A stretch of DNA of 64,000 nucleotides from an uncultured delta proteobacterium (GCA_963745025.1 CAVUWD010000017.1:1-64000); one strand, 5' to 3'. Shown: positions 41,193 through 51,937, counted from the first letter of the stretch. Numbers and translations: made by a program. The notes: generated from the letters alone by a model not told the origin.

Positions 41193-42554
41193 CTAGATTC
41201 CCCACCGCTCTTTCGAGTAGTCGAGCGCCTCTTTCAGATTCAGCGGTTTCGTCGCATTGCCTACCCGGACGTAGAGCGTCGGCTGGCTTCCCGCGGGTGT
41301 GCTTTCCTCGATGATGATGGGTTTTTGCGAGCGATCGACCGAGACCACGCAGATTTCCTTGCCGTCCATGTTGCAGAAGCCAACGCGCACATCCCGCACG
41401 TAGGCATCGGCACCGAGTGCCTTTGACAGGACCTGCTGGAGAGCCAGCTCAAAGCCGTCCTTGTTCGGCTTCGTCGTCAAGGTCTCATAGTCCGCCTCCA
41501 GCCCGAGGACCTGCTTCCTATCGTTGACGCCGATCAGCAAGACTCCACCGTCGGTGTTTAAGAACGCGGCGACGGTTTTGATAACCGCTCCCTCCATGAC
41601 CTTGGTCCGTTGCTGGTTTTCGTGGTCCCAACGCAGGGACGACTTGAACTCGATCGTCTGACACTCCTCGCGCGAATAGGCTTCCTCACATGAGATGCGG
41701 ATGCCCCTCTGACTATACTCGTAGAGCCCGAACACGATGCCGGTGATTAGCCAGCTCACCGCTGCCGCTACGGCATTGAAAGTCCTCGCCTTCCGAACGA
41801 TCCGCTGTTCGAGAGAGATGTTCTTGAAGACGACCACCGTCGCGACGGGATCAATTCCTTCGCTAAGGGCTACGGTAACGACGTAGTACGGCTTCCCGCC
41901 TAGCCGGATCTGTGGACCCGAGCTGACGGTGTCGGTGAGGGTTCTCGCCGGCATCGTCAGCGGGATGCCACCGGCGGCGCTCAATACCTCGCCCCCTTCG
42001 TTCACGACCGCGTAATCGACCGGGCCGTCAATGAACCGTTCTCTGAGCTGCGCAGCTTGCTCGATGGTCGTACCGAATCGTTCGGCGTTGGTGGCGAGGC
42101 GCTTGTCTACGTCGGAGTCGTTCTCTGAGTCGGGTTCCCCAACGATCACTTTTCCGCCGTCGAGCGCCCTCACGAATAGATGCCACCGTTCACCAACCGA
42201 GGACTCGAACGGTGATGATTTTCCGACCGATACTCCAGCCGGAAAGGAGACCTTTGGAAGCAAGCCGGGGACGAGACCTTCAACGTCGATCAACAAACCG
42301 TCGCTCGTCACGACCACATAATGCGGTGGTGCATCGACGAGCGATCGGCGAAAGCCGGCCAGGTCCCATTTATCTTTGTAGGCAATCTCTCCGCGGATCG
42401 CGTTTGCTGACCCGCGGAGTTCGACGGATATGGTTCGGTCAAGCTGCGAACGCACGAAGAGGTATTGTGCGAGAGCTACCAGAGAGAAGAAGACAGCGAA
42501 GAAGAGCAGCCCGTACCGGAGGAGCGTTCTCGTTCGCTTGTTCATTCCAGGCAT
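41193..42554 (-). CDS. TM - extracytoplasmic domain - TM - Schlafen/AlbA_2 domain protein
   Basis: Two TM helices; EECQTIEFKSS, VAAFLNTDGGVLLIGVND and YVRVGNAT. Confidence 0.85.
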   Translation of the reverse strand: MPGMNKRTRTLLRYGLLFFAVFFSLVALAQYLFVRSQLDRTISVELRGSANAIRGEIAYKDKWDLAGFRRSLVDAPPHYVVVTSDGLLIDVEGLVPGLLPKVSFPAGVSVGKSSPFESSVGERWHLFVRALDGGKVIVGEPDSENDSDVDKRLATNAERFGTTIEQAAQLRERFIDGPVDYAVVNEGGEVLSAAGGIPLTMPARTLTDTVSSGPQIRLGGKPYYVVTVALSEGIDPVATVVVFKNISLEQRIVRKARTFNAVAAAVSWLITGIVFGLYEYSQRGIRISCEEAYSREECQTIEFKSSLRWDHENQQRTKVMEGAVIKTVAAFLNTDGGVLLIGVNDRKQVLGLEADYETLTTKPNKDGFELALQQVLSKALGADAYVRDVRVGFCNMDGKEICVVSVDRSQKPIIIEESTPAGSQPTLYVRVGNATKPLNLKEALDYSKERWGI

Positions 42555-42852
42555 GTTTTAGGGAGAGCCCTGCTCCAAAGCGGATGCCAGGGTAGCCGCG
42601 TTCAAAGAGTGTAGCGAAAAGGCCGGAAATCGGAATCCACCGGCGGCCCGCTGGGGCTGCCACGCCCGCGCTCCTAGCCGCTGTTGGCGATGTCCGTCTG
42701 CCGGCCGAATTCGATGATCGCCGCCTCGACCTGCGATGCCGGCAGAAACTTCGTGAGCACTGTGGTTCCTCGCCACGGCGATCCACTACCACACGGAGTT
42801 CGATGACGATGGCGACGAGTGCGACTCGTGCGCGAGGCTCCCGGCGCCGCAC

Positions 42853-43101
42853 GTGCACGTCTACGAGCGCGTGACTCACTTCGAGTGGGCGTTCTGCGAG
42901 GCCCATCCCACCGAGAAGGAAGCCGAAGAGGCCCTCGAGCGCTTCGCCAGGGAACAGGGTGCGGAGGACATCGAGCACTTCACCGAGTCTTTTGGGTGTG
43001 GCGAGGGCGGATGGATCACCGAGGTGCAGCCCGTGTCGATCATGGGCGCGGAGGCGGTGAAGGCCTGGTTCCAGCAGAACGCCTGGCGCCTGAAGAAGTA
43101 A
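42853..43101 (+). CDS. Small hypothetical protein (start uncertain)
   Basis: Acidic ORF upstream of the clamp gene. Confidence 0.4.
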   Translation: MHVYERVTHFEWAFCEAHPTEKEAEEALERFAREQGAEDIEHFTESFGCGEGGWITEVQPVSIMGAEAVKAWFQQNAWRLKK

Positions 43102-43153
43102 GTCTCAGAGCCGAGTGCTCTCCACTCGGCACTCAACCTCAATAGGAGCCCCT

Positions 43154-44614
43154 ATGTCAGACAACCTACCCGCCACCCGCGGCGAGTCCGCGGTGGCAAC
43201 CGCAGAGCCTTCTCTGCCACCGGCGACGGTCGCTGAGACGCCGGCACCAGCCGTCAGCGGCGCACGTCTCGGCCCGTCGCCGCTCGTCAAGCCGAAGCGC
43301 GGCGTGCCCGCCAAAGCGGAAAGGGCCGCTCCTCCCGCGCTCGCCACCGGCGAGATCCCGCGGAAGCAGCTCGCCCTGGCGCTCAAGTTCCTAGCCCGCG
43401 TCGCGGCGAAACAGAACACGATCGTGATTCTCGCGGACGTCCTTTTCGACAACGGCGTGCTGCTCGCCACGGACCTCGACATCGCGCTCCGGGTCTTCAT
43501 CCCGGAGGTGAAGCCCCTGGCCGCGTCGATTCCCGCGAAGCTCCTGCATGACTGCGTGAAGCGTGGCCAGTCCCCGGGAGTCACGATCCGGAGCGCCAAC
43601 CACGAGAAGGCGCCCTTCAACGTCGTCATCGACGACGCGGTCGTCATCGGCCACGACGCGAAGGAATTCCCGGAGCTGTCGGGTTTCAAGGACCGGATGA
43701 AGGGCCCGGCCAAGATCGCCGAGCTACCGAGCCTCGAGCCAGTCCTGCCCGCAGTCAGTGTGGACGAGACGCGGATCAACATGAGCGGCGTCTACCTTCG
43801 CTTCTGCAAGAACCTGGCGGTGGCGACCGATGGGCACCGGCTTCATGTGATGAGGATCCCGGGAGCGACCATCGAAGGCGACTTCCTGATCCCGAGGAAG
43901 GTCATGGAGCTCGTCGACGACATCGCCGCAGCCACGAAGAGCACGATCGTCGGGCACTTCCACGAGAACGCCTGCTCCTTCCGGATCGCCAACTACGAGG
44001 TCACGTCGCGCTACGTCGAGGGCACGTTCCCCGACTACGACCAGGTGATCCCCAAGAAGCGCAAGCACCACATCGTGGTCGACCGTAGAGCCTTCATGGA
44101 GGCGCTAAGCTCCTCGCTGCCGTTCTCGACCGAGAAAGCCAAGGGCGTGAAGCTCGAGGTGAAGGACGACAAGCTGACGCTCTCCAAGCAGCATCCCGAC
44201 CTCGGCGAGTTCACCCGAACGCTCCCATGCTTCGGGGCAACCGGCGAGGTCTCGATCGGCCTGAACGCGAACTACCTGCTCGACGCACTCCGCTTCATCA
44301 AGGAAGAGCGGGTCGTCATCCAGCTCGAGGACGACGTGTCGCCGATGGTCATCGACTCAGCGGACGGGAACCTAAAGTTCGTCGTGATGCCGATGCGCCT
44401 CTTAAAGAACGACAGGAGGTTCCTATGTCCTATCGGATCGACGATCCCACGGGACGGGTCGTCGCGGAATGGCGTGGCTCGTCTGAGCCGCCCCGATTCG
44501 CAGTCGGGGATCTCGTCGTGGAGATCGTCTCGAACGAGATCTACCAAGTGGCCGACCGCTACTGGGATGAGGTCGACCTGGTCGATACCTGGATCTACGT
44601 CTGCCGGAAGATGA
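43154..44614 (+). CDS. DNA polymerase III beta sliding clamp homologue (divergent; homology ends ~44403)
   Basis: ATDLDI, DETRINMSGV, VATDGHRL, GTFPDY, IGLNANYLLDAL and VVMPMRL motifs; AGGAG RBS. Confidence 0.82.
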   Translation: MSDNLPATRGESAVATAEPSLPPATVAETPAPAVSGARLGPSPLVKPKRGVPAKAERAAPPALATGEIPRKQLALALKFLARVAAKQNTIVILADVLFDNGVLLATDLDIALRVFIPEVKPLAASIPAKLLHDCVKRGQSPGVTIRSANHEKAPFNVVIDDAVVIGHDAKEFPELSGFKDRMKGPAKIAELPSLEPVLPAVSVDETRINMSGVYLRFCKNLAVATDGHRLHVMRIPGATIEGDFLIPRKVMELVDDIAAATKSTIVGHFHENACSFRIANYEVTSRYVEGTFPDYDQVIPKKRKHHIVVDRRAFMEALSSSLPFSTEKAKGVKLEVKDDKLTLSKQHPDLGEFTRTLPCFGATGEVSIGLNANYLLDALRFIKEERVVIQLEDDVSPMVIDSADGNLKFVVMPMRLLKNDRRFLCPIGSTIPRDGSSRNGVARLSRPDSQSGISSWRSSRTRSTKWPTATGMRSTWSIPGSTSAGR

Positions 44615-44904
44615 AGATCGACGACGAGGCGGGGCGAATCGTCCGGGCCACAGTCTGCGGCGCCGACCTCGAGGAGATCCCGGACACCGAGCTCCAGCCG
44701 CTGCCGCCGCAGCGCCTGCCAGAAAAGCCGAATTCATTGCCGCCCGCGCCGCCGCGCACGGCCGTTCCGCAGACACTCGTGCTGCGTAGCTTCCTGCCGC
44801 CGAAGGAGACGCCGGCGCTTACGGGACCGCAGGAGGCGCTCCAGCCACCGCGGAGAGTCCTACCGCAGGGCCTCCTCCTGTCGAAGAAGGGAGGCGGTTC
44901 ATGA
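44425..44904 (+). CDS. Hypothetical protein
   Basis: AGGAGG RBS before MSYRIDD; ATGA overlap with the recombinase. Confidence 0.65.
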   Translation: MSYRIDDPTGRVVAEWRGSSEPPRFAVGDLVVEIVSNEIYQVADRYWDEVDLVDTWIYVCRKMKIDDEAGRIVRATVCGADLEEIPDTELQPLPPQRLPEKPNSLPPAPPRTAVPQTLVLRSFLPPKETPALTGPQEALQPPRRVLPQGLLLSKKGGGS

Positions 44905-45476
44905 TCGTGAACTGGAACCTCCCGAAGTACCTCCGCCAAGACCAGGTCCGAGCGTTCCTCTCGGTCATCAGGAACCCTCGAGATAAAGCGCTCTTCACGA
45001 CGATCTACCTCTACGGGCTCAGAGTCTCCGAGGCTTGCCTGCTTCAGCGGGAGGACCTCGACTTCGAACGCCGTACGATCCGCGTCTGGCGTGTGAAGAG
45101 CGGCTACTCTGGAGAGAAGCCGCTCTTTCGGCGCCTCGTGGCGATTCTCCGGCGATACCTCCGTACCCGGACCGATGACAATGCGGCGCTCTTCGTCGGT
45201 CGCCAAGGGCGCCTGAGCAAGCGCTGGATCCAGGCCCTCTTCACCCGCTATGCCACCGCCGCCAACCTCCCGCCGAATCGGAGGCACGTGCATTGTCTCA
45301 GGCACAGCTGCGCGACCCACCTTCTCGACGCCGGCGAGCCGATCGACTTCGTCCAGGACCACCTCGGTCATCGAAACATCGAGTCGAGCCTCGTCTACGC
45401 CCGCGTCTCGGATAGGCGGCGAAGCAAGGCGATCACCAGGCTGGAGCGGTCGCGGGAGATCGCTCTGCCCGCGTGA
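44901..45476 (+). CDS. Tyrosine recombinase, catalytic domain only (191 aa)
   Basis: GLRVSE (R), VKS (K), HCLRH (HxxR), LGH and VYAR (Y). Confidence 0.92.
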   Translation: MIVNWNLPKYLRQDQVRAFLSVIRNPRDKALFTTIYLYGLRVSEACLLQREDLDFERRTIRVWRVKSGYSGEKPLFRRLVAILRRYLRTRTDDNAALFVGRQGRLSKRWIQALFTRYATAANLPPNRRHVHCLRHSCATHLLDAGEPIDFVQDHLGHRNIESSLVYARVSDRRRSKAITRLERSREIALPA

Positions 45477-45929
45477 GTAGCATCAGCAGTTTCCGCTTCA
45501 TCCCCGTAGTCCATCTCCACGCTTTGTTCCCGCCCTTCAGCGGCAGCAGCCCCGAGGCTCCAGTGCCTCCGGCTCGCTGCCGCTCCCGCCCTTTTTTTTG
45601 CGTCGAACTCGACCTCACCTCGATCGACGCATGATGCATGCCACGGCGGAGATCGACGTTCTTGCCTGCCCCGACCGGCCTGTGATCGAGACGGGAAGGA
45701 GGGAGAAAGAAGAGGAGGACGACGACGCCGACGATTCCGGCACCCAGGGCGAAGAGCGCAAGCCATCCGAGCAAGACGACGAAGACGACGAAGACAAAGA
45801 AGACGATGACGACGAAGGTGATGGGGACCAGGAAGGCGAGGAGCCCTGGAGGATGTAAATGATGCGCGCCTAGCGCCCGACTGATCCCCGGCCGCGAAGA
45901 GAGGGGGCCCTCCCCACGGCCTCCTTATG

Positions 45930-46445
45930 CTACCGCCCGGCCGCATTCGTTGGTAGCGGGAGCTTGCTAAAGATGTTCAAACGGACGGCGGTAGTTTGGT
46001 AGTCGTCCATCAGTGCGAAGCGAGCAGCTGCCCTTGCGTTGAGCTTGTCGCGGTAGATCGCGAAGTATTTGAGGCGCAGGTCCGTGTTCTTTTTCTGCAA
46101 CTCGCCTGCATCGTTGATGATCTGCGTCAGCTCGGCGTCCTGGAGACCTTCCTCGCTTTGGTACGTTTCCAAGTACTTCGTGGCGAGGTCCGTTCGAGCC
46201 ATCGCGACCGCGTCCTTCTCCTTCTCGTACTCAGCGTATGTGTCCCAGAAGATTTGGAGCTGTTCGGGCGTGAGATTGCTCATGACGGCCGCGAAGAATC
46301 TGCGGCGCGCTTCGGTGCTCGCTAAATTGTACCGCGCGATGGCGGCCGCGTTCGGGGACACCGGCTTGACGTACTGGCCGGCTGCCGGTTGCTGCGCGGC
46401 GAGGCCGGCTAACAGGAAAATGCAAACGACAAGGGCTTTCTTCAT
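45930..46445 (-). CDS. Secreted helical hypothetical protein
   Basis: Signal peptide MKKALVV; AAGGAG RBS. Confidence 0.75.
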   Translation of the reverse strand: MKKALVVCIFLLAGLAAQQPAAGQYVKPVSPNAAAIARYNLASTEARRRFFAAVMSNLTPEQLQIFWDTYAEYEKEKDAVAMARTDLATKYLETYQSEEGLQDAELTQIINDAGELQKKNTDLRLKYFAIYRDKLNARAAARFALMDDYQTTAVRLNIFSKLPLPTNAAGR

Positions 46446-46944
46446 TTGGCTCGTCTCCTTTTTTTGCGCGGCTCCCACCGTAGCCGAAGAAAAATCGAAT
46501 CGTTCGAGAATTCATCTGGTCATCCGCGCCGTCGAGCGGATCGCCCTCTCGTGTACGGCAGGGTCCGATATCGAGCCGTTTACGTCAATTCGACCGATGC
46601 GCGGCGTTTCGGAGCGCGCCAAGCAGCGCTTCTACTGCAACAACTTCGTCGAGCCCTCATGGGGAGCAACCTGGCATGAACGACGCCCTTAATCCGACCG
46701 AAGAGCACGCGGCGCTACGCCGTACGACCGCGAGTTCGTCGGGGGTCGAGACCGCGCGCGCCGGGTGGGGCGTCTCTTCTACGATCCGTTCTTCCGCGCA
46801 GCCGCCGATATGTTGGCGAGGCGCGAAACGACCAGGGCGATGTACATGACCCCGGCGGTATCGAGGACATCATCGACGGTGTCGTCATCATCGTGTCAGA
46901 GGAGGGCGGCAGGAGTCGCTCGCGAGCGTGAACTGCATAACTTG

Positions 46945-47490
46945 ATGCTCGCCCTCGGCGTCGACGTTTCGGTCTCGCGACGGCTTGATTTTGTGCTGCT
47001 CGATGGGCACCGGCGCTTGGTCGGGCTGCCTCTTCGTGCCCAGACGCCGAACGACCTCGCTCGCATCCTCGCGACTCAGAAGCCCGACATCGTCGCTATC
47101 GACTCGCCCCCGAAGCCGGGGACGAGCGGAGCGTCGCGCCTTGCCGAGCGGGAACTCCTCCGACTCGGCCTCCATTCGTACTTCACTCCGTCCGACCCGG
47201 AGAAGGCAAAGAACAAGTTCTACGATTGGATGCGCGTCGGGTTCTCCGTCTTCGACGCGGCGAAACGCGCAGGCTACCCGCTCTTCACGGGCAAGGGGAA
47301 GCTCCAAGGGTCCGCGATAGAGGTGTTCCCTCACGGCAGCGCAGTTGCGCTGAAGGGCAGTTTACCACCGGCCGGTACTTGCAAGAGCAGCGGCCGGAAA
47401 CGGTGCTGGCGCGCGGCGGTGCTCGAAGAGCAAGGTGTCCACGCAAGCGGACTCCGCTCGATGGACGCGGTAGATGCCGCGCTGGCAGCG
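46945..47490 (+). pseudogene. DUF429 (RNase H-like) protein truncated by repeat copy 4
   Basis: LGVDVS, VAIDSP, RLAERE, IEVFPH, then DAVDAALAA directly into the repeat. Confidence 0.8.
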
Positions 47491-47573
47491 CCGTAGAAAC
47501 GGGGCGTCTCGTGTTTGGGCAGCGTCGGATATTGAGGCTTTACGTCAGTCGGCCGCTTATCCCAGCTGTCCTC
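47491..47573 (+). repeat. Dispersed ~83-bp junction repeat, copy 4
   Basis: One substitution (CTGTCCTC). Confidence 0.95.
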
Positions 47574-47723
47574 CTGCGCCGGCTGCCGGCCGTGAAGGTG
47601 AAGGGCCGGATCGCCGAGGTGGAGGTCTACGCCCTCGTCTGAGTCGCAACGACGGCCCATTCGAGTCGCGAAACTTCACGTTAGTGTTGAACTCTGCAGG
47701 TCGGCGCCGTGCAGCGGCCTAAG

Positions 47724-48466
47724 CATCCTGATCGCTCTGGGAGTGGCCCCCGACGGAGCCAAGCACGTGCTCGGGCTGCGAGAGGGCAGCACCGAGAATG
47801 CCACGGTGGCCAAGGCGATGCTGTCGGAGCTGATGGACCGCGGGCTGGGCGCCGAGCGCCCGATCCTGTTCGTCATCGACGGTGGCAAGGGGCTGCGCAA
47901 GGCCATCGGCGAGCTCTTCGGTGCCGCCGCCGTCGTGCAGCGCCGCCAGGTGCACAAGCGGCGAAACGTAATCGGGCATCTTCCCGAGTCGATGCAGCCC
48001 AGCGTGCGGCGCGCGATGCAGCAAGCCTACGACACTCCCGATGCCGATCTGGCCCGGCGCCAGCTCGAGCGCCTGGCCCGCTCGCTGGAGCGCGAACATC
48101 CGGGAGCAGCAGGATCGTTGCGCGAAGGACTCGAGGAGACTCTCACCCTTCAGCGCCTCGGCATCACCGATTCGCTGTACCGCACGCTTCGCAGCACCAA
48201 TGCCATCGAGAATCTCAACGGCTCGGTCATGCACTTCGCGCGCAACGTGCGTCGCTGGAGAGACGCCTCGATGATGCTGCGCTGGATCGGAACGGGTCTT
48301 CACGAGGCGCAGAAGCAGTTTCGCCGACTGAAGGGCTTCCGTGACATGAAGCGGCTCGTCGCCGCCCTCGATCGAGTCAATAACCCAGGAGTGGAACAGA
48401 GGAAGCAAGTCGCATAAAACCGCGACCCAGGAACCGCCACCGTTCAACAGCGAATGGGACATCCCC
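47724..48466 (+). mobile_element. IS256-family 3' half: transposase fragment to 48417 plus right end
   Basis: HVLGLREGSTEN, FVIDGGKGL, QVHK.RN and STNAIENLN motifs; terminal TTCAACAGCGAATGGGACATCCCC. Confidence 0.85.
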
Positions 48467-48482
48467 TCTTCAGGATGAAGGC

Positions 48483-49484
48483 GTGAGCGTCGGATTGATC
48501 GCACTACTGGACGACGTGGCCGCCATCGCGAAGGCGGCCGCGGCCTCGCTCGACGACGTCGCCGGCCAGGCGGTGAAGGCTGGCGCCAAGAGCGCGGGCG
48601 TGGTGATCGACGACGCCGCCGTGACGCCGCGCTACGTGCTCGGCCTGTCGCCGGCACGCGAGATCCCGATCGTCGCCAAGATCGCCCGTGGCTCGCTGCG
48701 TAACAAGCTGGTCGTGCTACTGCCCATCGCGTTGGCGCTGTCCGCGTTCGCGTCGTGGGCGATCATGCCGCTGCTCATGCTGGGCGGAGCGTACCTCTGC
48801 TACGAGGGCGCCGAGAAGGTGGTCGAGGCGCTCTTCCCGCACGCAGCTCACGAGCACCACCTCGACGGGCGCGGCGAGGCCACCGATCCCGTCGCGCTTG
48901 AGGAGCAGACGGTTTCCGGAGCGATCCGGACCGACTTCATCCTGTCCGCCGAAATCATGGCGATCGCGCTGGCGGCGATCCCCACCACGAGCAGCGTCTG
49001 GATGCAGGCGACGGTCCTGGCGATCGTCGGCATCGGCATCACGGCCTTGGTGTACGGCGGCGTCGCGCTGATCGTGAAGGCCGACGACGTCGGCTTCGCG
49101 CTGGCGCGCAACCGGTCGCAGGGCGTGTTCGGGCGCCTCGGCCGCCTCTTCGGGCGTGGGTTGGTGCACGCAATGCCGGGGTTGCTGACCTTGCTCTCGG
49201 GCGTCGGTACGTCCGCCATGATCTGGGTGGGCGGTGGCATCATCCTGCACGGGCTCGAAGCGTTCGGCCTGGGCGCTATCCCGCATGCTGTGCACCGCGT
49301 CGCCCACACCATCGGCGCTGCCACCTCCGTGCTGCCCGGCGCCGTTGAATGGCTGGTCGGCGCGCTCGGAGCGGGACTGCTCGGCCTTTTCGTCGGGCTG
49401 GCGCTGATCCCCGTGGCCACCTGGGTCCTGGGTCCGCTCTGGCGCGGCATTGTCAAATTCAGCCCAGCGACGGGGAAAAGCTGA
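48483..49484 (+). CDS. DUF808 family membrane protein
   Basis: GLIALLDDVAAI, GVVIDDAAVTP and RTDFILSAEIM motifs. Confidence 0.9.
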   Translation: MSVGLIALLDDVAAIAKAAAASLDDVAGQAVKAGAKSAGVVIDDAAVTPRYVLGLSPAREIPIVAKIARGSLRNKLVVLLPIALALSAFASWAIMPLLMLGGAYLCYEGAEKVVEALFPHAAHEHHLDGRGEATDPVALEEQTVSGAIRTDFILSAEIMAIALAAIPTTSSVWMQATVLAIVGIGITALVYGGVALIVKADDVGFALARNRSQGVFGRLGRLFGRGLVHAMPGLLTLLSGVGTSAMIWVGGGIILHGLEAFGLGAIPHAVHRVAHTIGAATSVLPGAVEWLVGALGAGLLGLFVGLALIPVATWVLGPLWRGIVKFSPATGKS

Positions 49485-49638
49485 TCCGTTTTGCAGGTCG
49501 CTCGTTTTCCCGCGTCCCCAATCGGCCGGCCTCGCATCGACCCAATCGAGCCGCGTCTGAAAAGGGCCTAGTCAGCCCCCCAGCCGGAGCTGCAAACCAC
49601 GATTTCACCGGGCTACAATGCCGGTGCACGGAGGAGAG

Positions 49639-50129
49639 ATGCAGCGGCGGCTGATGCTCATGCGGCACGCGAAGAGCGCGTGGACGTCTCACGTGCCGAC
49701 CGACCACGAGCGACCCCTCAACGAGCGCGGACGCCGCGATGCGGCGCGCGTAGGTAAGCGACTCGCGAAGCTCGGCTGGGTGCCGGATCTCGTGGTGGGC
49801 TCGGACAGCCGCCGTACCGAGGAAACCTGGGAGCGGATGCAGAAGCGCTTTCCGCGCGCGCGCGCGTCCGTTTCACGCGGGCGCTCTACGCGAGCGGGCC
49901 GAGGGAGCTACGGTCCGAGGTCGCGCGCCTCTCTGTCGACGTGCGGACGGTGCTGGTCCTCGGTCACAACCCTGGCTGGGAGGAGGCGGTGGAGGAACTC
50001 AGCGGCCGCGAGGTGCGGATCACGACGGCGAACGTCGTGTTGCTCAAGGGAGAAGGAGCGACGTGGCGCGAGGCACTGGAGCGCGGCCCGTGGAGCGTTG
50101 CCGGCGTCATCCGCCCGAAGCAGCTCTGA
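49639..50129 (+). CDS. SixA-like histidine phosphatase (frameshift near 49870)
   Basis: LMRHAKS, DHERPLN.RG / VLVLGHNPG. Confidence 0.82.
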
Positions 50130-50402
50130 CGGCCGCTGGCATGGAGGATTGGGCAGTACTGTTGGAAACGCCACTTCCGCCGGATTGCGCGAGTTCACAC
50201 CGCGCGCACGAGCCGCGTACGGGTCCAGCTTTCCACCTGAAGCGCTGGCGGAGCGAGCTTCACGTTAGTGTCTAAGGGTGAACCTCGTTGGCTTGCCAGC
50301 CGGCTGGTGACCTTACTACTGATCGGCCACCCTTGAAGCGCAGCGCGCCAAGGGTCTATTCGAGAGCATCAGCTCTCGGCCTCGGCCGTCGAGCCAAGAA
50401 TT

Positions 50403-50475
50403 ATGCGTTGCCCGGCCTGCAGTTTCGAAAACGCGAGCGGAAAAGTTCTGCGGTGAGTGCGGCGCACCCCTGAAC
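50403..50475 (+). pseudogene. Degenerate DZR start fragment
   Basis: MRCPACSFENASG / KFCGECGAPL. Confidence 0.6.
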
Positions 50476-50584
50476 AGAAGCGGAGGGATGGTTCGACGGG
50501 CCATGCGGGACGGGCTGGAAGAAGACTAGCGATTCCTGGATGTGCGCGACCTCGGGAGATTCGCGACGCAAAGGAGAACACGCA

Positions 50585-51751
50585 ATGTTGGTCGCTACCA
50601 AAGACAAGATCCTGCCGACCGCAATGGTCGGCTCGTTTCCCAAACCATCGTGGTTCAACCAGAACCTCCACGGGCGTCCGTTCATGGTCGCGATGGGCGA
50701 CTCGCAGTACCGCGAACAGTACCTGGATTCGGTGGCGTGCTACGTGAGCGAGCAGGAACGCGCGGGGCTCGACATTCTCACCGACGGCGACACGCGCTTC
50801 GACCTTGAAGTTGGCGGCCGCTCCTGGTTCTTCTACACCATAGAGCGCCTCAACGGCATCACGGGTTTCCATGCGTCGTCGCATTTCCTCGACTATGGCG
50901 ACTTGAAACCGGGACACATCCTCTACGAGGTGCAAGAGGCCTACCATCCGCCGTCGGTGATCGGCCGGATCACGCGTGGGCCGTTGCAGTTCACCGCGAT
51001 CTGGAAGACCGCCCAGAAGATGAGCACACGTCCGGTCAAGTTCGGTTCTATCTGTGCGACCTGTCTGCCGCTCATGCTGTGGGACGAGCACTACAAGGAC
51101 GATCACGCTCTCATCATGGACATCGCCGCAGCGCTCAACGAGGAATACCGTGAGCTCGCGGCCGCGGGGTGTCCCGTCATCCAGATCGAGGAGCCGATCC
51201 ATCATTTCAGCTGCAACGCGCAGCATCCGTGCAGCGACCGCGACCTCGAGTTTTACACCGCCGCCTTCAACCGCCAGGTCGAGGGAGTGAACACCGAGAT
51301 CTGGGCGCATACCTGCTGGGGAAATCCGAACCAGCAGAGCTTCTACTGGGACCGGCCGAGCTATGCACGCGCGCTGCCCTATTTCCTCGAGATGAACTGC
51401 GACGTCCTGATGCTCGAAGGCGGCAGCAACCAAGCGCGCGACGCGGCGCTACTGAAGAACGTCAAGACCGACAAGAAGATCGCCATCGGCGTCGTCGACC
51501 ATACACGCACGACGGTGGAGTCACCGGAGATGGTCGCGGACACGATCCGCCGGGCGCTCGATTCGATTCCGCCCGAGCGGCTGGTCATCAGCGCCGACTG
51601 CGGCTTTGGCCGCGAGGGTCTGTCGCGCCGAATCGCCTTTTACAAGTGCGTGTCCCTGGTTCTCGGCGCCAATATCGTGCGACGGGAACTGGGGCTCGAG
51701 GAGGCCTACGTGCGTGCGGCCGATCCGCGCTTCGCATTCGTGGCCGAATAG
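50585..51751 (+). CDS. Cobalamin-independent methionine synthase II family protein
   Basis: VGSFPKP, GLDILTDG, IQIEEP, HTCWGN and ADCGF (Zn ligands). Confidence 0.9.
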   Translation: MLVATKDKILPTAMVGSFPKPSWFNQNLHGRPFMVAMGDSQYREQYLDSVACYVSEQERAGLDILTDGDTRFDLEVGGRSWFFYTIERLNGITGFHASSHFLDYGDLKPGHILYEVQEAYHPPSVIGRITRGPLQFTAIWKTAQKMSTRPVKFGSICATCLPLMLWDEHYKDDHALIMDIAAALNEEYRELAAAGCPVIQIEEPIHHFSCNAQHPCSDRDLEFYTAAFNRQVEGVNTEIWAHTCWGNPNQQSFYWDRPSYARALPYFLEMNCDVLMLEGGSNQARDAALLKNVKTDKKIAIGVVDHTRTTVESPEMVADTIRRALDSIPPERLVISADCGFGREGLSRRIAFYKCVSLVLGANIVRRELGLEEAYVRAADPRFAFVAE

Positions 51752-51937
51752 CCGATCTGGCATCGGACGTCGCCGCGGTAATCGATCAGCTTGGCGGTGA
51801 AAGGACGATCCTCTTCGGCCACGATAAGGGTCGGCTCAAAATGAGGGGACGAACGGACCCACGATGGCACTTCGATTGAACGCTCTGCTACGCACATCTG
51901 AGTAACGAGCGATCTACGTCTTTGACTGTATCGACCG

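Noticed and set aside
44901-45476. Integron integrase or XerC/D
   Set aside because: No IntI-specific insertion, no N-terminal core-binding domain and no convincing attC sites
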